Part shown: positions 58,412-64,000 of the stretch, one piece after another
How the letters are laid out: every line of letters starts with the position of its first letter
Position numbering within the stretch: the stretch's first letter is position 1
Source: Deltaproteobacteria bacterium
GTDB lineage: Bacteria; Bacillota; Clostridia; Acetivibrionales; UBA4821
NCBI GenBank assembly: GCA_050258375.1
Contig: JBLMYQ010000051.1
Location: 23,719-87,718 of the forward strand
DNA: 64,000 bases
Reading direction: 5' to 3'
Translations under genes and position numbers: made by a program
Notes under the pieces: model-generated
The model's input: the letters and a program-made list of their open reading frames with translations, nothing else
Told to the model about the DNA's origin: nothing
Databases searched by the model: none

Positions 58412-59527
58412 ATGGATGAAAAGATAAATGCTTTTTTAAAAACAGTATTCTTTAAAAGACTTATTTTGTACACCTTCATTATCCTTGTAATTTTCCAATT
58501 AAGAGGCTTTTGGAATTTATTTCTTATGATTTTTTTCGTAACATATATAATGAACGAACTTTGCAAATTTTTTCATTTTCATGTTTCAAAAATAATAAAA
58601 GTCCCCGAAACTACCGTTATATTTATTACTTACAGTATCATAATAATAATTATGATTGGCTGTGTTATAAGATATTCTCCGGTTGCATTCGAACAAACCA
58701 AATCCTTAATAAAAATATTTGACCCTTCAGAAGGTTCAAATGCTAATATAAACAAGCATATCAGCGATATGCTTACTTCCATACATCCCTATCTGAATAA
58801 GCTTTTTACTTATTACAACTTTAATCCTACTGAAAAGCTTAATCAATTTTCAGGAGCTATAACCAATTTTTCATACAATTTAATAAAAAGCATTGGCAGC
58901 TGGCTTTTTAATATATTCCTTCTTATAATATTAAGTCTTTTCTTTTTAATGGAAAAAAATAAGATGAAAAACTTTGTTGATATATTCAGAGAAAGCAAAG
59001 TCAGTTTTGTTTATCACGAACTTAAACCCAAATTAGTTCGTTTTTATAATATTTTTGGCTTTATGATAAAAACCCAGCTTATAATATCTACAATTAATAC
59101 ATCCATAACAGTGATAGCAATAACCTTGCTAGGCTTTACAAATCTTTTTGCCTTAGGCATAATGGTATTTCTCCTCGGGCTGATTCCTGTTGCAGGTGCT
59201 ATTTTATCAACAATACCTCTGGTTCTTATAGGTTTTAGAATCGGCGGAATTGCATATATCATCTACATTCTTATTTTAATAGCTGTGATTCATGCATTAG
59301 AAGCATATGTTCTGTTCCCTAAAATCTCTTCGAACTTTACCAGACTACCTGTTTTTGTTACCCTGCTGGTTCTTCTCGTTTCCGAACATTTATTAGGTCC
59401 ATGGGGATTAATCTTTGGTCTTCCACTTTTTGTTTTCGTAATAGAATCTTTAAAAATAAATCCTCCAGCCTATGAACCAGCAAAGAGTGAAAAAATTGAT
59501 AAGCCTTCAACTCCACAAGTATCTTAA
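58412..59527 (+). CDS. AI-2E family transporter
   Basis: Multi-TM protein; LGLIPVAGAI, HALEAYVLFPK, GPWGLIFGLP. Confidence 0.9.
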   Translation: MDEKINAFLKTVFFKRLILYTFIILVIFQLRGFWNLFLMIFFVTYIMNELCKFFHFHVSKIIKVPETTVIFITYSIIIIIMIGCVIRYSPVAFEQTKSLIKIFDPSEGSNANINKHISDMLTSIHPYLNKLFTYYNFNPTEKLNQFSGAITNFSYNLIKSIGSWLFNIFLLIILSLFFLMEKNKMKNFVDIFRESKVSFVYHELKPKLVRFYNIFGFMIKTQLIISTINTSITVIAITLLGFTNLFALGIMVFLLGLIPVAGAILSTIPLVLIGFRIGGIAYIIYILILIAVIHALEAYVLFPKISSNFTRLPVFVTLLVLLVSEHLLGPWGLIFGLPLFVFVIESLKINPPAYEPAKSEKIDKPSTPQVS

Positions 59528-59531
59528 TAAA

Positions 59532-60455
59532 TCAATTTTCTTTCATATTTGATATTAAATTTCCGAGAATAACAAGAACCAATCCGACTGCTGTAGTAGC
59601 AAGGATGGGTTCTTTTAGTATTATAACCGCAAGTATACTGGTTATAATCGGAGAAAGATAGGTTAAGGTTGAAAGCTTTTCTACAGAAAGATGTTGAATT
59701 GTTTTCATATAAAAAAGCATGTTTATTAAGTTATAAACAACAGCTATAAAAAGCAAATATATCATTTCTCTCTCACTAGGAACAACCCACCAGCCTTTTA
59801 ATGTAAGTACAATTACTCCGGAAACAAGAGAAATAGCTTGCCCGATAAACAGAAAAGGCTTTTCCGGAATTTCTTTTTTCTTCCCCAAAATTGTAAAAAT
59901 AGTTATCGATATAATAGATATGATTATATAAAATAATCCTTCATTAAAAGTAAACGAAAGAAACTTGCCTCCGGTCATTACAAAATATATCCCTGCAAAG
60001 CTTATAATTATTCCCAGCAAAACCTTTTTATCAATGATTATTTTGGAGTTTCTTGTTAAAAAAAACAAGCCTGCAAAATATAAGAATATTGGATGTGAAT
60101 AATAAATAATTATTGTCTGACTTACAGTCATGTACTGCAGAGCAATATTAAAGGTTAGCTCATATAGCGAAAATCCTGTAAATGCAGCAAGAAAAAGTGC
60201 ATTAAAGCCTATTCTGGAATGAATAATACCTTTAAAGTCTTTTTTTGAGCTTATAGCAGTTAGAACAATCAATCCAATAAATGACGTATAGGTTAATATA
60301 TGGAAAGGATTCAATCCTCCTGACATAAGATGTTTGGTTAAAACAGTTGTTATTCCGGAAGTAAAAAACATCAACAAAAGATACACATACCCTACCCGCT
60401 TTTGCAGGTATCCATGTGCTTTTTTAAACTTTTTTGTTTTTTTTACCACATCCAA
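59532..60455 (-). CDS. DMT/EamA-family transporter
   Basis: About 10 TM helices in two repeats; YLSPII..ILAVIILKE. Confidence 0.85.
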   Translation of the reverse strand: MDVVKKTKKFKKAHGYLQKRVGYVYLLLMFFTSGITTVLTKHLMSGGLNPFHILTYTSFIGLIVLTAISSKKDFKGIIHSRIGFNALFLAAFTGFSLYELTFNIALQYMTVSQTIIIYYSHPIFLYFAGLFFLTRNSKIIIDKKVLLGIIISFAGIYFVMTGGKFLSFTFNEGLFYIIISIISITIFTILGKKKEIPEKPFLFIGQAISLVSGVIVLTLKGWWVVPSEREMIYLLFIAVVYNLINMLFYMKTIQHLSVEKLSTLTYLSPIITSILAVIILKEPILATTAVGLVLVILGNLISNMKEN

Positions 60456-60663
60456 AATTATTCTCCTTAAAGTTTTGATAATATTAGTGTTCTCATTAAT
60501 TCTTTTCTTATAACGAACATTAACGTTAAAGTTAATTCTAAATTATATAAATTTTATTTATAAGCTAATTTCCAGATATTGAATATTACTTTTTTGTAAT
60601 TCAGGCAGGATAACTGTTTCTTTTTGTCGAAATAATAAATATGGAATGTAATTGGAGGTACAT

Positions 60664-61332
60664 ATGAAAAAATCAGCATCTTTTTTGCTTATTTTATTTA
60701 TATTTTTTTCTTCTTATGGGTTTGTTGATGCAAAAGCTTCATCAAAATCCAAACCTTCTTTAAAGTATTCAAACAAAATTGTGGTGATTGACCCCGGTCA
60801 CGGCGGCAAAACAGCAGGTGCAAAATACGGCGGCCTAAAGGAAAAGGATATGAACCTTGATGTTTCTTTAAGGCTTTATTCACTGCTAAAAGGCAAGGGT
60901 GTAAAGGTTTATATGACAAGAAAAACCGATTCTACTATGACTTTAGCTCAACGATATAACTATGCCAACTCAGTAAAAGCCTCTCTTTTCGTTAGTGTAC
61001 ATCATAATGCTTTGCCTAATAATAGGTCGTATAAAGGAACCGAAACACTTTTTAGCCCTTCAAAAATTACCTTAAAGGGTATGAACAGCAAAAAGTTTGC
61101 AAGCATTATACAAAGCGAACTGGTTAAAAGACTTGGTACAATTAACAGAGGGATTATATCCCGTCCAAAATTAGCTGTACTGCGGCACAGTAAAATGCCT
61201 TCAATAATTGCAGAAATAGGCTATATGACTAATAAAAGCGAAAGAAATCGCATAAGAGATTCTTCTTTTAAACAAAAATCAGCCGAAGCACTTTGCTCAG
61301 CAGTTTTAAAGACCTTAAATCAGATGAAATAA
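60664..61332 (+). CDS. N-acetylmuramoyl-L-alanine amidase (Amidase_3)
   Basis: Signal peptide; IDPGHGG, EKDMNL, SVHHN, AEIGYMTN. Confidence 0.95.
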   Translation: MKKSASFLLILFIFFSSYGFVDAKASSKSKPSLKYSNKIVVIDPGHGGKTAGAKYGGLKEKDMNLDVSLRLYSLLKGKGVKVYMTRKTDSTMTLAQRYNYANSVKASLFVSVHHNALPNNRSYKGTETLFSPSKITLKGMNSKKFASIIQSELVKRLGTINRGIISRPKLAVLRHSKMPSIIAEIGYMTNKSERNRIRDSSFKQKSAEALCSAVLKTLNQMK

Positions 61333-61439
61333 GTATCAAATTACGTTTAAGATTATATGCAAATTGGTACTTTGTAACAAAAAAAACATCTTACTAATAA
61401 ACTATTAGTAAACATAATTTATTAGTGAGGTGTTTCTTT

Positions 61440-62735
61440 TTGCCAATTATTCATACCGTTCAGCCTGGAGAATCTCTTTGGGAAATCTCCAGAGAACATA
61501 ATATACCATATGAAAGCATTGCACAGGCCAACGGAATAAATCCGCCTTATAATCTTGTACCAGGAGAAAATCTCTATATTCCTTCGGTGCAGAAAAGGCA
61601 TATTGTCAGACCGGGTGAATCCTTATGGTCAATATCCCAGCTTTATGATGTTTCAATTGATACCTTGATGGATGTAAATAAAATAGGTCCTTCACAAATA
61701 ATCTATCCCGGTCAGGTTCTTATAATCCCAGCAGAATCAAATACATTGGGAACAATTGAAGTTAACGGATATTTAGAACCATACGGTCCTACAGGCCAGG
61801 AGCTTAAAATCATAAATGATGTTAATGATTATCTTACCTATTTAAGCCTTTTCAGTTATAGGATTCAAGAAGACGGAACCATAATTCCATTAAAAAATGA
61901 TAAGGTTCTGGTTGATGCCGCAAGAAGAGGCGGTGTAGCTCCTCTCATGGTTTTGACCAATTTTAGAGGAGGAACATTTGATACCGAGCTGGCCGATGCG
62001 ATACTTAAAAATCCGCAATTACAGGAAGCATTAATAAATAATGTAATAAGAACTCTCCAAGAAAAAAACTTTTTTGGTTTGAACGTAGACTTCGAAAGGG
62101 TTTCACCTTCATCAAGAGATTTGTATACAGAGTTTTTAAAAAAGCTTCGTGACAGATTACATCCACTTGGCTATTCTCTTTCTGTTGCCCTGGCACCTAA
62201 GCAATCTGCATCTCAAATTGGTGCATGGTATGAAGCACATGATTATGGGGCCATTGGTTCAATCGCTGATTTTGTAATTCTTATGACTTATGAATGGGGT
62301 TGGTCAGGTGGTCCTCCACTTGCAGTCGCCCCTATCGATCAGGTAAAAAAGGTACTCAACTATGCCGTCACTGTAATTCCAAGAAAAAAAATCATGATGG
62401 GCATACCTTTATACGGTTATGATTGGACCCTGCCTTATATACCCAAAGGCGGCTTTGCAAGAAGGCTCAGCCCTGTTCAGGCGGTGGAACGGGCAGTCAG
62501 ATATGGCTCCAAAATCCAATTTGACAGCGAATCCCAATCTCCCTATTATTACTATTATGATGGAAATGGGAACCGGCATGTTGTATGGTTTGAAGATGCC
62601 AAAAGTGTTTTGGCTAAATTCAAGCTGGTTAAGGATTATGGCTTGCGTGGTGTAAGCTATTGGGTTCTTGGCTCAGATTTCCCGCAAAACTGGCTGCTGC
62701 TTGAAGATTTATTTAATATCAAAAAGGTTTTATAA
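61440..62735 (+). CDS. LysM-LysM-GH18 spore cortex hydrolase (YaaH/SleL-like)
   Basis: Two LysM repeats (HTVQPGESLW, HIVRPGESLW), NVDFE, MTYEWG, SYWVLG; TTG start after GAGGTG. Confidence 0.92.
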   Translation: MPIIHTVQPGESLWEISREHNIPYESIAQANGINPPYNLVPGENLYIPSVQKRHIVRPGESLWSISQLYDVSIDTLMDVNKIGPSQIIYPGQVLIIPAESNTLGTIEVNGYLEPYGPTGQELKIINDVNDYLTYLSLFSYRIQEDGTIIPLKNDKVLVDAARRGGVAPLMVLTNFRGGTFDTELADAILKNPQLQEALINNVIRTLQEKNFFGLNVDFERVSPSSRDLYTEFLKKLRDRLHPLGYSLSVALAPKQSASQIGAWYEAHDYGAIGSIADFVILMTYEWGWSGGPPLAVAPIDQVKKVLNYAVTVIPRKKIMMGIPLYGYDWTLPYIPKGGFARRLSPVQAVERAVRYGSKIQFDSESQSPYYYYYDGNGNRHVVWFEDAKSVLAKFKLVKDYGLRGVSYWVLGSDFPQNWLLLEDLFNIKKVL

Positions 62736-62754
62736 AAAACCAATTGTGGCAAGC

Positions 62755-62785
62755 AAAGGCACTCTCATCTAATGAGCGTGCCTTT
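62755..62785. terminator. Bidirectional terminator
   Basis: AAAGGCAC...GTGCCTTT between convergent genes. Confidence 0.7.
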
Positions 62786-62808
62786 ATTCTTCTAATATTA
62801 ACAGACTA

Positions 62809-63132
62809 TTAGCCTAACACTTTCCAGCTAAGTTTGAATCCTGCCTCTTCAACTATTTCCAAGGCTTTATTCAGGAATTCAATTCCAATCTCAGGAAATT
62901 CATAGCCTGTAAAAATCTTTATTTCAATATTTCGATCTTTAGCATCCGGGTATACTTCGAATATCTCTCCACTTTCAATAAAACTTAGATACACATTTAT
63001 CTTTTCTTGCAGTAATATTAAATGATTTTTTTCTTCTTCCCAATCCAGGTCATCAATAATTGATAAAACAACAGCCTCCGTTTGATTATCAATACCAATT
63101 GCATCTACTTCATTAATTTTTTCTAACGACAT
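62809..63132 (-). CDS. DUF6572-like protein, putative immunity protein
   Basis: LSIIDDLDW..HLILLQEKINVYLSFIESGEI..YP; acidic; directly downstream of the toxin. Confidence 0.8.
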   Translation of the reverse strand: MSLEKINEVDAIGIDNQTEAVVLSIIDDLDWEEEKNHLILLQEKINVYLSFIESGEIFEVYPDAKDRNIEIKIFTGYEFPEIGIEFLNKALEIVEEAGFKLSWKVLG

Positions 63133-63153
63133 AAAAATCAGTCCTCCGATTAT

Positions 63154-64000
63154 TTATTCTTTAGGTCTTACAATATCTACTTTAGTCGGAGGTATCTTCG
63201 TACCCCCTTTAAAAGGCGGCTTGCCTTTTCCCACTACAGTTGCACCTTTTTGTTCAATCTCCGGAAATGCCTTTTTTTGATTTTTTGTCAAAGGAGCTGT
63301 TAAAGATGACTTAGACTCTGTTATTTTTACATCCCCGGCTTTTTTATCAATTCCCAAAAGATCCAACTTGGTTTTAACACCACTTTCAGTTTTAACTGTT
63401 ATCTGCTCAACTACATCCCTTTGTGTCTTCTCTATTTCTTGTTTTACAACCTTTTCAAATGCATCCCCTTTAGCCTTATTTTCAAGCACTTGAGATGCTT
63501 TTTTGCTGGCATCCGAGACATCATCAACCTTTTCAATAACTTCGGCACCTTCCTTGATTACCTTCTTAACCTCATCTTCATGCTTACCTAAAATCCCAAG
63601 AGCTTCGCCAATACCATGTATGGCTTTTCCTGTTCCCTTAACTCCCTCTCTTACCAGCTTACCGCTTACTATAGGTACTATTGTTGCCCCTGCCGTTATC
63701 ATTCTTTCCCAAGGCGCCAGCTTTTCACCGGTAATCAAATCAACTCCTGTTGACATTTCCTGATAATCCTTTGCATCGCCAACCCACGGAACGAAACCTA
63801 ACGCCATTGAAACCCACCAGCTTAAAGGTCCATTTCCTCTCTTGACTGCTTCATCTGCTCCGCCGCTCTTTAACCATCCATTTAAGTTGCCGCCAGATTC
63901 GCTCCATCCTCCATCATCAGCATATGCCTTCACAGCAGAAAAAAGCATTACGGAAGATAATGCAAAAAAGATTGCTGATGCTGTTTTTGAAGTCTTTATT
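63154..64000 (-). CDS. Polymorphic toxin: PT-TG domain plus C-terminal PD-(D/E)xK-like nuclease; 5' end beyond the window
   Basis: GFVPWVGDAKD...TGVDLITGEKL..WER (PT-TG); E...KLD...ITESKSS...LTKNQ; frame open to the window edge. Confidence 0.8.
   Translation of the reverse strand, partial: IKTSKTASAIFFALSSVMLFSAVKAYADDGGWSESGGNLNGWLKSGGADEAVKRGNGPLSWWVSMALGFVPWVGDAKDYQEMSTGVDLITGEKLAPWERMITAGATIVPIVSGKLVREGVKGTGKAIHGIGEALGILGKHEDEVKKVIKEGAEVIEKVDDVSDASKKASQVLENKAKGDAFEKVVKQEIEKTQRDVVEQITVKTESGVKTKLDLLGIDKKAGDVKITESKSSLTAPLTKNQKKAFPEIEQKGATVVGKGKPPFKGGTKIPPTKVDIVRPKE

Noticed and set aside
60604-61420. SigH-like promoter before the amidase and SigE-like promoter before the GH18 gene
   Set aside because: Matches are partial and AT-rich; not distinguishable from chance by eye

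Overview
AT-rich chromosomal window from a spore-forming Clostridia-type Firmicute. This assignment is inferred from SLH proteins, a YaaH/SleL-type germination hydrolase, the tmk-yaaR-holB-yaaT cluster and a T-box. Housekeeping content includes the trpEGDCBA operon (no trpF) under a Trp T-box with a duplicated antiterminator/terminator, thrC, a four-subunit pyruvate:ferredoxin oxidoreductase, dapF, ferredoxin and lepB. Envelope and accessory modules are an ECF-sigma/anti-sigma/zinc-ribbon/MacAB-like/SLH/lipoprotein operon, a heterodimeric ABC exporter, an MBOAT+SGNH pair, a CapA/DUF3160/FG-GAP-like trio next to an OmpR-type two-component system, tandem acyl-CoA synthetases, tandem zf-TFIIB genes and a PT-TG polymorphic toxin with DUF6572 partner at the right edge. 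No rRNA, tRNA, CRISPR array, transposase or prophage was seen. The strongest unexplained signals are: (1) dispersed REP/REPIN-like hairpin repeats that overlap the stop codons of five genes; (2) a toxin preceded by a signal-peptidase-like site; (3) a candidate unknown attenuator before a DUF2179-type gene; (4) a divergent DapL/M20/DapF trio; (5) heptamer repeats bracketing the MacB-like permease; (6) loopless perfect palindromes of 56 and 48 bp. Family assignments come from motif recognition by eye, not database searches. Many starts were moved from the ORF track using RBS position.
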